51,249 nucleotides of DNA from positions 1-51,249 of IMG/VR virus record IMGVR_UViG_3300033145_001039. The stretch is one strand, 5' to 3'. The stretch is from a virus (Duplodnaviria; Caudoviricetes). The translations under genes and the position numbers were made by a program. Shown here piece by piece: positions 1 to 9,849 of this stretch. Below the pieces are notes generated by a model that was given only the letters and a program-made list of their open reading frames with translations, did no database searches and was not told the DNA's origin. The number at the start of each line of letters is the position of its first letter. Within the stretch, counting starts at the first letter, position 1.

Positions 1-114
1 TCCCCGAGAATCCACCGCCCGTATCTACGTCATAGTAGATGTTGTAGTGCGAGAACCGCACCCATGAAGATTTGGGAAGCCGAAACTTGATAAAGATGCG
101 CTCCCTGCCAACTA
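1..114. repeat. Terminal direct repeat (identical to 51136-51249); circular assembly overlap
   Basis: tccccgagaa...ctccctgccaacta is present at both ends, and a tail ORF reads in frame across the junction. Confidence 0.95.
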
Positions 115-616
115 AAACAGATTCGGCATTTCCTGTAGACCAATCATCTACCACGGGATCGGGAGGGACATCCTCTTGTGCCCAACCGCTTGCTGAAACT
201 TCGCTACTAAGATCAGAGGCGTTGCCCTCGGTATCCATGGCCTGTACAGCGAAATAGTAAGGTCCCGGACAACTTGAGGGATCCGGGATGGTGAATGTAA
301 ACCTCTCTCCGTTGATCCATTCTTTACCATCATAGGATGAGGGATCGGTAGGGTCTATGCCGGGACTATCACCCCAATACAGCCAGAATCCAGCCAGCTC
401 TCCCGTTTTAAGCAAGGTCCCATCGGCATGAGTTGTTGGCTTAGACCAAGTTACCACGATGGATTCTAGCGCTCCAGATGCAGATACATTAGAGGGAATC
501 GCGGGGCCGCTTGGACGTGTGGGCATCTGGGTAAATACGGGAGTAGACCAATCAGACAGATTGGCCCTGACTCCATACACTCCGCTGCGCGGCAACCCAC
601 TAGTTGAACCCAGCAT
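1..616 (-). CDS. N-terminal part of FN3-containing tail tip/fibre protein; joins 50006-51135 across the circular junction (about 581 aa in total)
   Basis: Manual translation is open from ATG at 616 (RBS GGAGTGAGGA): MLGST...SDWSTPV...IVVTWSKP...YYFAVQAMDTEGNASDLSSEVS... (FN3-like), in frame with ORF 50006..51196; missed by the ORF track. Confidence 0.85.
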   Translation of the reverse strand, partial: MLGSTSGLPRSGVYGVRANLSDWSTPVFTQMPTRPSGPAIPSNVSASGALESIVVTWSKPTTHADGTLLKTGELAGFWLYWGDSPGIDPTDPSSYDGKEWINGERFTFTIPDPSSCPGPYYFAVQAMDTEGNASDLSSEVSASGWAQEDVPPDPVVDDWSTGNAESVLVGRERIFIKFRLPKSSWVRFSHYNIYYDVDTGGGFSG

Positions 617-677
617 TCCTCACTCCCTGGACGATGTGCCAGTCTTTTAGATGGACTCCGATTGCTTTATCTGCCAT
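600..677 (-). CDS. Possible 25-aa peptide MADKAIGVHLKDWHIVQGVRNAGFN overlapping the tail gene start
   Basis: ATG preceded by purine-rich GAGGGGGAGAGGA; no homology evidence. Confidence 0.3.
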   Translation of the reverse strand: MADKAIGVHLKDWHIVQGVRNAGFN

Positions 678-729
678 TCCTCTCCCCCTCTTCCCGTTCC
701 GCCTTCCGCCCTTTTCTTTGGGAGGGTTG

Positions 730-1224
730 CTATGCTACTCGGACAACGATTAAAAACGTGTTTTTTTCTCCACTCAGGATTGTCTGGTCAGTGCCAGTAG
801 TGTTGTAAATAGTCAAGTATATTTTGTCCCCGGCGTTCAGAGACACCATAGTAGAAAAGCGGACAGCCGCGGCCATGACTGTAGGCACCGCATAAGGGAC
901 AGTTACATATGGGGTGCTATGGCTATCTGCAACAGGCGTGAAATAATTCCAGAGGACTGTATCAGCAGGTGCGTTGTCCCACACTACCTGCCCCATAACT
1001 AGATATGTACCTCCTTGATGTGCCTCAAAACAATGGGCAGTTGTATCGAATTCACCTCGTTGATCTATAGTTACAGCGTTGAGATGGATTGAGTGGTCTC
1101 CCGATCCACATATCTGGCCTTCGCCTGACAGATAGGCTTTCACCAGGCTGCGTTTTTTCCCCAAGAGGACATGTCCGTCTACTCGGTAGTTTTCTAGTAC
1201 GTTGAATTCTACGGGCAATCCCAT
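730..1224 (-). CDS. Tail-associated protein with C1q/TNF-like beta-sandwich C-terminus
   Basis: D..GEFDTTAHCFEAHQGGTYLV...VSLNAGDKIYL...TFLIVVRVA pattern typical of C1q-like domains; tail module position. Confidence 0.65.
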   Translation of the reverse strand: MGLPVEFNVLENYRVDGHVLLGKKRSLVKAYLSGEGQICGSGDHSIHLNAVTIDQRGEFDTTAHCFEAHQGGTYLVMGQVVWDNAPADTVLWNYFTPVADSHSTPYVTVPYAVPTVMAAAVRFSTMVSLNAGDKIYLTIYNTTGTDQTILSGEKNTFLIVVRVA

Positions 1225-1236
1225 TTCGATCCCTCC

Positions 1237-2850
1237 TTATAAGTCAAGATAGGCAATTCCAAATTTCCTAGCTGTATCACTCTCATCGCCGCCTTCATAT
1301 ATACAATACAACCTTCCGTTCTCTATAATAAAAGACTGCGGACCGTACCGAAGTACCTCGTCCCATTCGCCAGGATCTCCGGGCGTTATGACTAGAGGAG
1401 CAACTTCCGACCAAGTAATACCGCCATCTTGTGAAGTGAAGAGGTACGTCTTTTTAGACTCGCTGCCTGTTTGCGTCTCTACAGGAGCGAAAATGACTCC
1501 CTCATGAATAAAAGGATGGTCCATCCTGCCGATCATGTCTTGTGTGGTTACGGCATTGTTCATGATCTTGCCAAAAAATGTAAAGTGTTTTCCGTCAGGA
1601 TCATCGGCTATTGCAAGGCAGGTCTTTCTCAGCGTCTCGCCTTCTAGGCTCTTCGTTCCATAGAACATGCGAAGCTCGCCCCCTATGCTGATGACTTCGG
1701 GGCAATGCAGCTCGATCTGCGTATCACTCTGATAGCCGGGCTCCCCCTTGTCCGGATCGTCTAACACAGGCTGCGTGACTCCCTCCACTTGATACTTAGT
1801 CCACGAAAAGCCGTCTGTGGACGTAGCCTTGCCAATCCTCCAGCCACCGCTTCCCTCCATGTCAAACCACATGTGCCACATGCCATTGAAGAAGAGCACA
1901 ACGGGGTCTGCCACAGCAATCTCGTCAGGATCTCCACTTACTCCAGTGTAAGTGATGATAGGATTGCCAGCGTATTTAGTGTAAGGTCCGAATATATTAG
2001 AAGACGTCGCCACACCAATTTGCCAGTCATGCGCAGTAGCAGATGAGGTTGCTTCGTAAAAGATGTAGTATGTATCTCCGTGTTTAACCCAACAAGCACG
2101 ATGGATCATTCCCGCGTCCCACCCTGAATCAGAAGGAGTAAGAATTGGATTACCGCTGTATTTCGTCCAAGGAATGTTTTCACGTAGGGGCAAATAGGCT
2201 CGTCTAGTTTTATCTGCAGGACGATGGATTACGCGCAAAAGACCCCTAACGGAGTGGCCATTCGCATCGAGATCACCATTGAGGGGAACCGAGCCATCAG
2301 CAGCCAGAATGCCCGCTTCACTCGGCGTTTGATTGATCCATTTCCCAGATCCAGAGTCATAGGTCAGGAGCTCATTGTCCGTCGGGGCATCGACAGTAAC
2401 ATCACTAAGATCGCTAATGGCGTGGGTGTGCCCAGCCTCCGCTAGCCCGGCTTCGGCAGGAGTTTGGTTAATCCATTTCCCCGCCCCCGAATCGTATGCC
2501 AAAACTTCATCATTCACAGGAGAGCTGATAGTTACATCAGAAAGGCTACCGAGGGTTTCTCCTTTGCTCGCCAAGTAGACATCATTCAGCATTTCATTGG
2601 CTGCCGTAAAATCATAGTCTGTTTTAGATAATTCTATTTTTATTCGGGGATTGGTTTCGACGTCTACATAGAATTCGGCTATACCATCAACGCCGGTTGT
2701 GAATGGATTCCCCTTTGTGGTTCCTGCCCGATCACTATAGATAGTAATGGGATCCCCTGTATCAGGGTCTTTTACTGTAACAGTTACTGACGGTATGACA
2801 ATGCCGCTATCGTCAACAATCGTATCTGCCCACTTGACATAAGTTGCCAT
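1237..2850 (-). CDS. Tail fibre/receptor-binding protein with C-terminal five-bladed beta-propeller glycoside-hydrolase-like domain (GH43/GH130-like)
   Basis: N-terminal NPFTTGVDGIAEFYV virion-attachment-like motif, duplicated LSDVT..P...E.L.YDSG.GKWINQTP.EAG repeat, repeated W/YTKY.GNPI(L) blades. Confidence 0.7.
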   Translation of the reverse strand: MATYVKWADTIVDDSGIVIPSVTVTVKDPDTGDPITIYSDRAGTTKGNPFTTGVDGIAEFYVDVETNPRIKIELSKTDYDFTAANEMLNDVYLASKGETLGSLSDVTISSPVNDEVLAYDSGAGKWINQTPAEAGLAEAGHTHAISDLSDVTVDAPTDNELLTYDSGSGKWINQTPSEAGILAADGSVPLNGDLDANGHSVRGLLRVIHRPADKTRRAYLPLRENIPWTKYSGNPILTPSDSGWDAGMIHRACWVKHGDTYYIFYEATSSATAHDWQIGVATSSNIFGPYTKYAGNPIITYTGVSGDPDEIAVADPVVLFFNGMWHMWFDMEGSGGWRIGKATSTDGFSWTKYQVEGVTQPVLDDPDKGEPGYQSDTQIELHCPEVISIGGELRMFYGTKSLEGETLRKTCLAIADDPDGKHFTFFGKIMNNAVTTQDMIGRMDHPFIHEGVIFAPVETQTGSESKKTYLFTSQDGGITWSEVAPLVITPGDPGEWDEVLRYGPQSFIIENGRLYCIYEGGDESDTARKFGIAYLDL

Positions 2851-2866
2851 CCGACCGCCCCCTTAT

Positions 2867-4642
2867 TTACCGCTCTATTCCACGCGGCACCGTCGCTACC
2901 TCTGCCATTATATAGGCTCCCTCTTTAAGACCAGGCACCTGCACATAGGGATATTTGTCCGTTGAGACCACATTGTAGTCGCCACTAGGCTCCAAGATTA
3001 GATATGATTCTCCCGCCGATGGAGCATCATCCCATGCCTCCTCAACTATGATTTCTGTAGCTGTATTGGACAGGATCTTGCGGATTATGTTAGTCCCTTT
3101 GCGCCCGCTACCCTGGAGGGCCACATAGAATCCGCGCCATTGGTCTGTGCCCCACGATTTCGATGTATCTTGGAGAGTTGTGGCAGTTCCCCCTGTAGCC
3201 GTACCATAATCGGAAAGAGTTAGCTCCTTGTAACGAACCCGGTAACCCTTTGCCAGCCAATCCCGCGTACCGTGCCAATGAACATGTAGTACGGGAGCGG
3301 GACTTCCATCCTCATTCTCTCCCCATATCCCTATGGCCTCTATCTCTGTAGGAGGACTAGGGGTAACCCCGTGAAGGTCATCTCTGTCCCTATCGTGCTT
3401 TCCTATCCAATCCGTGCGTCCACGCACAAACCAGTATCGGGTAGCCCCCACACGCCGGCCAACTGCACCCCTGATTACTGTGCTCCCCATTACATCCTCT
3501 GGAGAGGCTATATTCCACTCTATCTCTGTGACACCAATATCGATGGTTTCGGATGGAGTCTCTATCCTTACCAGATCGCCGCCTTCTACCCCCAAAACCA
3601 GCCACGGGATAACTGCTTCAGCCCCAGGACATGGAGTAGACAGATCATGTAGCGCTGCATTGGCCTCTTTCTGTGCTTCGGCTCGCGTGTCGATCCATGA
3701 ACCATCCTTCTCTACGATCCTCATATAGCGGTGCAGTCGGCCGCCGCTGCCATCAGGAACGCCATAAATAGTCCTGGCTGTATCATCTTTTGAATCTGCA
3801 TGAGCCTGTTTGCCTGTAGTGCGGTCCGTATATAGCACCCTGACCCATGTCCGCACATTGGCCTCCGTGTAGGTCAATCTAGTAGTACGGATATTTCCGC
3901 CCAGGTCTATATCGGGAGTGGTATTGCTCCTCTGTGGGTCAACTACTGTGGGCCTAAACTCCCCAGCCGTAGCGTTGTATTTCTCCATCAATAGGTAACC
4001 TATGGAGTTAACTGGCCTCATAATCGCATCGCCTATACTGGTATCCCCGATAGCATAACGGTTCACGTAGTAATTGGGGTCATCTTGGACAACGATTACA
4101 GGAGCGAATCCGTAGTCCTCCAGGATTTGGTTGAGTACATTCACGGAAGCCGAAAGATAAGTCTCCTTGTATTCTCGTCCGTTTTCTTTGTCTATATAGT
4201 AATCAAAGTACGGCTGCATAGTACCGTAGAAGTCAACTGTGATGTAGTCCTCCATCTCAACATCTTCCCCGCTCGTAAGATCGCCTGGTCCAACAAAGCC
4301 CTGGAACACTAGCCCGGCCGCACCACCGCCTTTGCCGATCTTGATTCTGACATCATGATAGGCCCCCAAGAGGGGAACGCCACTAGGATTGAAGATGCTG
4401 GTATGACCAGGATCAAGAGACTCATTGGCCGCCCGAAAATCTTGCGTGTTGAAAATGATAGCCTGTGCCCGCCATCGCCCATCTACATAGCGAAACGACA
4501 ATGCTTTTATTCGGGACTTGCCCGGAAAAGAGCTCCCCGCCGGATTGGTAAGATCAATCCAACTGGAACCATTATATATCTCCACAGACTGGGAACTGAT
4601 TTTGGCCTGACTATTGGCATTCGCTATATCTGTTCTAGCCAT
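2867..4642 (-). CDS. Tail tip/baseplate hub-like protein with C-terminal FN3-like region
   Basis: Directly downstream of tape measure; hub-like E.GDLVRI motif; FN3-like PPTEI..LHVHW..YRVRY..VPGL. Confidence 0.7.
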   Translation of the reverse strand: MARTDIANANSQAKISSQSVEIYNGSSWIDLTNPAGSSFPGKSRIKALSFRYVDGRWRAQAIIFNTQDFRAANESLDPGHTSIFNPSGVPLLGAYHDVRIKIGKGGGAAGLVFQGFVGPGDLTSGEDVEMEDYITVDFYGTMQPYFDYYIDKENGREYKETYLSASVNVLNQILEDYGFAPVIVVQDDPNYYVNRYAIGDTSIGDAIMRPVNSIGYLLMEKYNATAGEFRPTVVDPQRSNTTPDIDLGGNIRTTRLTYTEANVRTWVRVLYTDRTTGKQAHADSKDDTARTIYGVPDGSGGRLHRYMRIVEKDGSWIDTRAEAQKEANAALHDLSTPCPGAEAVIPWLVLGVEGGDLVRIETPSETIDIGVTEIEWNIASPEDVMGSTVIRGAVGRRVGATRYWFVRGRTDWIGKHDRDRDDLHGVTPSPPTEIEAIGIWGENEDGSPAPVLHVHWHGTRDWLAKGYRVRYKELTLSDYGTATGGTATTLQDTSKSWGTDQWRGFYVALQGSGRKGTNIIRKILSNTATEIIVEEAWDDAPSAGESYLILEPSGDYNVVSTDKYPYVQVPGLKEGAYIMAEVATVPRGIER

Positions 4643-7600
4643 TCACACCCCCAATGGAGCCAGGTTGTATCCGCTTGCTACGTTGTTATCTCGCCGTAGT
4701 TCTCTGAGTACAACACGGGCAATTTTCTCATTGCCAATGTGTATATTGAAAATGAACGGTCCTTGATTTTCTTTGCCCATGAATTCGGGCAGCTTGGAGA
4801 GGGGGAGCACGGCTTCTGGCCCCGCTTCCCCTATGCGAGCAAATCCCGGCTTCATTGCAATGCCGCCCCCGGCAAACGTCCCGAGCCATTGGTGAAGTAA
4901 GTATGCTAGACCGATTCCCCCGGCAACTCCTAGAGCAGCGCCCCCTATGGCCGCCCACCCCATAATGGGATTCATCGCGGCCATGGCACCAATCAGAGCC
5001 CCCGCTGCGCCGAACATTGCATAGATCAGTCCCGCCTTCAAAGCGTTTAGCGTACCAATCAGTCTATCCAGTGAGGTGCGTACCTGATCCCAGGATGGAA
5101 GTTTGTCCAGTTCGTCGATGAATCTGTCGAACGCCCCTCGGATGTCATCCCACGAAGGAAAGTTACGAACGACCCAATTCCAGACATCCTTTCCAAGCTT
5201 GAATAATCCCAGGATGAACTCTGTAATATCGGCCGCTATCTGAGGAAGATTTTGAATTACCCAATCTACCCCTTTGGCCAACCACTCGGCTATAGAGTCC
5301 AAACTGACCCCGTGCTTTGCTAATACTTCTCCTACCGTTGCAATTGCACCGGAAATGGATTCGATGATGTCTGGCATCTTGCCGGTTAGCCAATCCCACA
5401 TCCCTACCGCGGCATCCCGGAATGCGGATAAGAGATCAGTCCAGCTATCTATGCCGAATCCTTGCAATAGGTTCATTATGTACTCGGCAATCTTCTTTCC
5501 GACGGCATCTGCCCAGGCAGGAACCTCGGTACCCGCAGTAGTTTCTAGTAGTGGCTCTCCTGGAGTAGCAGCCCCATACCTGATCCGTTCTGCCTTCCAG
5601 CCCACAGGAACATTTAGACTTGAGGCTACTTGTCTATTGACTTCATCTTGTATCCCTAGCCATTCTTTCAGGTGGCGAATGATTGCCACTAGCGGCCACA
5701 AGAATTCACCAAATAGGTCGGCTATGGCTTTCCAAACTGAATCCGTTTCCTTTTGAAGTGCCGAGTATGCCTCAGATTGCTTGATTAAGTTGGCAAAGCT
5801 ACTGGCAAGCTGGCCGATGAATCCCACTAGCATATTGATCCCCTCAGTTAGTAGCTCGACTCCCGAAAGAAAAGTCATCTTGATTGCCGAGGTTATGGCG
5901 GCCATGAGGGCTCCGAAAAGTCCACTAAGCGGCCCCCCAAGGCCCAGGGATAGCGATTGAACCAGACCGGCAATGGCCGAGCCCAACTGCTTGAAACTGG
6001 ATATGTAGAAATCCATGATCTTTTCAAGCTGGGCCTTCTTTTCTTGCAGTGCGGCTATCACAACTGCAAAGACCGTCTGTAGGCCAGTTATAATTGCTTG
6101 CTTGACGTCTCCCTTGAAAAGGCTGTCGATTGCACTGCGAGCTCCAGCTATGGCTGTGGATATAGCTTTCGGAATATCCCCCATGGCACTGAGTGCTTCG
6201 TTTAGAATATCCAGTCCCTCTGCGGCCCAGCCAAACTTTTCCTGGGCTTTCTCCCACCACGTAAGTCCACCCCTAGCAGCTACCTGTAAATCATTGAGGG
6301 CCTTGGCAGCCTTTGTGGTATCCTGGCCGAACTTTTCCATAATTCTAATTTCATCCTCAGCCTCAGAAACAAGCTCATCCAGAAATTTGGCTACTAGAGT
6401 AGGATCAAAAGTTTCGGCCAATTTTCGCAGTTGTTCCCCGGCTCCAGTGGCATCCGCTTTCCAGGTCGCTCTGATCTCATCAAATGCGGACCGCAAGCCC
6501 TCGGGCAGGGTAAATGATTCCTTTATCCTCTCGTACTGTTTCTGCAATTCGGCGGCGAGATCAAATTTTCCCGCTAGCTGTGCCAGTCTAATCCTGTCTT
6601 GCAATGCCGATAGCAGTTGCCGCTCGGCCCCCATTAGCAACTGGAGGACATCTCTCTCGTCAAGTCGCTTGCCGTTGACCTCTGCAAGTGCCTGGGCTTC
6701 TTGGACCAGATCATCGTACATTTGAGCCATCTCGTGGACGGCTTTGGCTGCACCCTCCCAGTCGCCGGTTGCCAGGGCGCCTAGGGCGGGCAAGTCGAAC
6801 TTACGCTTGAATGCCTCTTGCGCCTCTCGGGCTGCCTCCTCGGCTGCCCTTTGGGCTTCACGGGCTGCCTTCTCCCTCTCTCGCCGGGCCTTCTCCGCCT
6901 CCCTCTTTAAGCGCTCGGCCTCTCTCCGTCTCTCTTCCGCTATTTCTTCCGGGGTCTTGCCACTCGTGACCGAATCTATATATTTCTTTAGGACCTCAAC
7001 TGAATTCTGGAGATCTCCCGCGCCGGCCCCGACTCGGTACAATCCCTCGCGAAAGGCCTCTACTCCACCTTTAAGTGCTTGTAGCTCGCCCCATAGCTTT
7101 AGCCACTCACCTACATTTTCCACATCCCCAGTGCGCAGTTTCTCCACAATTTCTCCGGCTCGGGGGATAATATCTCCGATATTTGCCAAAGAAAGGGCGT
7201 TGAGTTGGTCGGCTAGGCTCTGAGCCGCACTCGTAGCATTGCCCAGGGCATTGGCCAGTGCTTGGGCCGCACTTTCTGCTTCCTCTGATGACAGGCCCAG
7301 GCTTTCGAGGATCGGCACCAGCATCTCGTACCGGTTTTCGAGATCTTGAAGCCTTTGGTAGTGATACACAAGCTGTTCAGCATCATCTGCATTGGCCCGC
7401 ATATGATCTTGGACAATACCGATGAATTCTTCTATGGACAGAGTTCCATCATCTAGTTGCTTTATCCACTTATCCCACTGTTTGGCCCATTCCTCTTGAC
7501 GGCTTTTGGTTTGCTCTATCTGAATGGTGTATTCTTTGAGTTGCTCAATTAGCCCCTGGACATCTGTCTCTGATATGCCCGCCCCAGCCCGCATCTCGGC

Positions 7601-9538
7601 AGGAAGAGCAAGCCAGTCCTCTAGAATGCCTATCAGTGTCTCGGCTGTGTCGGCTGCGGCTAGCATGGCACTGGGAATACCTTTGAATGTGCCGATAAAT
7701 TCTGTAAGGGCACTTACGGCTTTGATAGGATCTTCAGCTAGTTGGTCAGTAAGCTTGTCCAGCTCCTCCTGCCACTTTTTAGCTGCTTCTTCTGTAGCAT
7801 CGGCTGCCTTTTCTGTTGTGCTGGCTGCTTCTTCTGCTGTATCGGCTGCCTCCCCTGTTACTGATTTCAGCTTTCCCATCTTCTCTGCATAATTCCTAAT
7901 GGCCTGTGATGCTTCTTCAATCGTCAAAGTGGGGCTGGGCTCTATTTCAAATTCGGTCAATCCGGCCGCCTCGGCAATTTGTCGTGCGGCCTCTACGATA
8001 TTCTCGGCACCTTCCTGCAAAGTATCGGCAAAGTCCTCTGTTGTTTGCTCTAATACCTCAGACTGCTGTTCTACTCTGTCAATGCCCAGTGTATATGGTA
8101 ACGGGGCCGTAATTTCTAGTTCCTCTGGCGGAATTGGTTTCTCCGGGCCTTCAGGCATCTGCATGGCAGCTTCTACTGCTTCCTGTTGCTCTTTTATGGT
8201 TTTTAGTATCTCTGTTTTTGCCGTTTCGACGTCGATAGGTTCGATTCCTGTCCCCAACTCACGCATGGTGTCTACTAAATCCTTTATCATGTTGACCAGA
8301 ACAATAAGTCCGCCGATAATTCCTCCAATGACACCGCCGGACAGGCCGCCGAATAGGGCACCTAGGGTGGTAGTGCCCAGCACGGTGACAATATGCTTGA
8401 GTGCATCGCCCATCTTGGACAGGGGGCCGATTATGCTCTGCACTATCCGCAACAGTTTGCTAATTTCGGGCAGGAACGTTTCCCCTAGTGTAGTAGCCAC
8501 TTCAGCGAAATAAGCCTTGACCTGTCGTAGCTGAAATGCCAGCCCCTTCTGTTTCTCGAATGCCGCTGCGGCTGCACCTGTAGCATTTGCTATCTCTTTC
8601 ATGTCCTCTGCATATTCACCCGCAGATGTAGTAGCAAGAGGGAGCACAGCCAGTACAGCTCGAATATTCGTGAACATGTCTGATAATTCAATGTTGTGTT
8701 CCTTGGCATAGTCAGTCACTTCGGCAAGGGCCTCAGCAAACCCGAGTTCTTCCATCATAGCCGCGCCTGATTCATAGCCCAGAGCCTCAATCACTTTGGC
8801 TGTTTCCTCAGTAGGACGTGCTAGCTGAACAATTGCTTGCCTTACGGCAGTAACTGCTTCATCGGTAGAGATTCCCTGTCTGGTCAAAGTCGCCAAAGCA
8901 GCCGTAACTTCTTCAAAACCGGCCCCAAGCGGTGCCGCAATGCCGATTAGGCGGCCAATGCTGGATGACAATTCGCCGAATGTAGTTTTGCCACGTTCGA
9001 CTGTCTTGAACAGCACGTCATTGACATAGCTTGCCTTATCCGCAGACATCTTATACGCATTAAGAATAGAGGTGGTAGCGTCTGCCGCCGTGAAGACATC
9101 TGTAAGACCCGCCGCTGCCCCAATCAAAGAAGCTTTGAGTACCTCAATGCCCTCTGCCCCCTTGTATCCCGCTGAATAGATTTGATATAGGGCCTTAGTG
9201 GCTTCTGTGCCTGCTATGCCGAACTTCGGGGCCAGATCGCGTACTTCCTGGCCCACCTTCTGCATCTGCTCCCATGTTGCATCAGTTAGAGTCCACACAT
9301 TGCGCAGGGCTTCATCGAAAGAGGCGAAGGCCCCCACTGCGGACTGTATTCCCCGCTTGAGGGCATACAATCCTGCTCCCACCCCGATCAGGCGGGTCAA
9401 AGAACCAGTTATCCTGCTTGCCGATGCCGTGATGGAGCTTGCACCAGACCGAAATGTGCTTTCGGCCTGCTTAATTCCAGACACAAACTTACTCTGGTCA
9501 AGAACAAGCTCAGCATAGGCAGTTCCTATCTTTTCTAT
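4643..9538 (-). CDS. Tail tape measure protein (TP901-like core); probable ATA start at 9538
   Basis: More than 1600 aa, Ala/Glu-rich helical; core motif ...TVERGKTTFGELSSSIG...; frame extends upstream of 9484 as IEKIGTAYAELVLDQSKF to an in-frame stop. Confidence 0.92.
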   Translation of the reverse strand: MEKIGTAYAELVLDQSKFVSGIKQAESTFRSGASSITASASRITGSLTRLIGVGAGLYALKRGIQSAVGAFASFDEALRNVWTLTDATWEQMQKVGQEVRDLAPKFGIAGTEATKALYQIYSAGYKGAEGIEVLKASLIGAAAGLTDVFTAADATTSILNAYKMSADKASYVNDVLFKTVERGKTTFGELSSSIGRLIGIAAPLGAGFEEVTAALATLTRQGISTDEAVTAVRQAIVQLARPTEETAKVIEALGYESGAAMMEELGFAEALAEVTDYAKEHNIELSDMFTNIRAVLAVLPLATTSAGEYAEDMKEIANATGAAAAAFEKQKGLAFQLRQVKAYFAEVATTLGETFLPEISKLLRIVQSIIGPLSKMGDALKHIVTVLGTTTLGALFGGLSGGVIGGIIGGLIVLVNMIKDLVDTMRELGTGIEPIDVETAKTEILKTIKEQQEAVEAAMQMPEGPEKPIPPEELEITAPLPYTLGIDRVEQQSEVLEQTTEDFADTLQEGAENIVEAARQIAEAAGLTEFEIEPSPTLTIEEASQAIRNYAEKMGKLKSVTGEAADTAEEAASTTEKAADATEEAAKKWQEELDKLTDQLAEDPIKAVSALTEFIGTFKGIPSAMLAAADTAETLIGILEDWLALPAEMRAGAGISETDVQGLIEQLKEYTIQIEQTKSRQEEWAKQWDKWIKQLDDGTLSIEEFIGIVQDHMRANADDAEQLVYHYQRLQDLENRYEMLVPILESLGLSSEEAESAAQALANALGNATSAAQSLADQLNALSLANIGDIIPRAGEIVEKLRTGDVENVGEWLKLWGELQALKGGVEAFREGLYRVGAGAGDLQNSVEVLKKYIDSVTSGKTPEEIAEERRREAERLKREAEKARREREKAAREAQRAAEEAAREAQEAFKRKFDLPALGALATGDWEGAAKAVHEMAQMYDDLVQEAQALAEVNGKRLDERDVLQLLMGAERQLLSALQDRIRLAQLAGKFDLAAELQKQYERIKESFTLPEGLRSAFDEIRATWKADATGAGEQLRKLAETFDPTLVAKFLDELVSEAEDEIRIMEKFGQDTTKAAKALNDLQVAARGGLTWWEKAQEKFGWAAEGLDILNEALSAMGDIPKAISTAIAGARSAIDSLFKGDVKQAIITGLQTVFAVVIAALQEKKAQLEKIMDFYISSFKQLGSAIAGLVQSLSLGLGGPLSGLFGALMAAITSAIKMTFLSGVELLTEGINMLVGFIGQLASSFANLIKQSEAYSALQKETDSVWKAIADLFGEFLWPLVAIIRHLKEWLGIQDEVNRQVASSLNVPVGWKAERIRYGAATPGEPLLETTAGTEVPAWADAVGKKIAEYIMNLLQGFGIDSWTDLLSAFRDAAVGMWDWLTGKMPDIIESISGAIATVGEVLAKHGVSLDSIAEWLAKGVDWVIQNLPQIAADITEFILGLFKLGKDVWNWVVRNFPSWDDIRGAFDRFIDELDKLPSWDQVRTSLDRLIGTLNALKAGLIYAMFGAAGALIGAMAAMNPIMGWAAIGGAALGVAGGIGLAYLLHQWLGTFAGGGIAMKPGFARIGEAGPEAVLPLSKLPEFMGKENQGPFIFNIHIGNEKIARVVLRELRRDNNVASGYNLAPLGV

Positions 9539-9849
9539 TCTGGCCCCCTCACTCCTTTAGCCTCACATTCCTTGCTGATCTCCTCAATATATGCTTCACT
9601 GATTGCTAGCGGTTTGGGTGCCGCCTCCATAATCTTTCTTCTGGTATCTTCCCCAGCCATGGCAGGAGGATTTAAAGCCATGTTCCACCTCCCGATTGCA
9701 CCCAATCCCGCAAGCAGATACCCAAACTGCTCATCATCAAGCTCCCATATATCATCTAGGCTGAGTCCGTACGCTGCCGAGACGATCGGGATGAAGTCGA
9801 GGTAGTTGATTTCTTTGGTGGCTTTCTCTCTGATACTTTTGGGTTTCCC
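9535..9849 (-). CDS. Tail assembly chaperone C-terminal (gpT-like) extension reached by -1 frameshift
   Basis: Slippery GGGAAAC (9843-9849) followed by CCCAAAA; -1 frame is open: ...KEINYLDFIPIVSAAYGLSLDDIWELDDEQFGYLL...GVRGPE*. Confidence 0.8.
   Translation of the reverse strand, partial: GKPKSIREKATKEINYLDFIPIVSAAYGLSLDDIWELDDEQFGYLLAGLGAIGRWNMALNPPAMAGEDTRRKIMEAAPKPLAISEAYIEEISKECEAKGVRGPE

Noticed and set aside
1-114. Biological terminal repeat of the virion DNA
   Set aside because: It lies mid-gene and is more simply an assembler overlap; true termini need read analysis
5274-8513. Long plus-strand Ser/Ala-rich ORFs
   Set aside because: Antisense shadows of the tape measure gene with no RBS or motifs; the same applies to most plus-strand ORFs opposite structural genes
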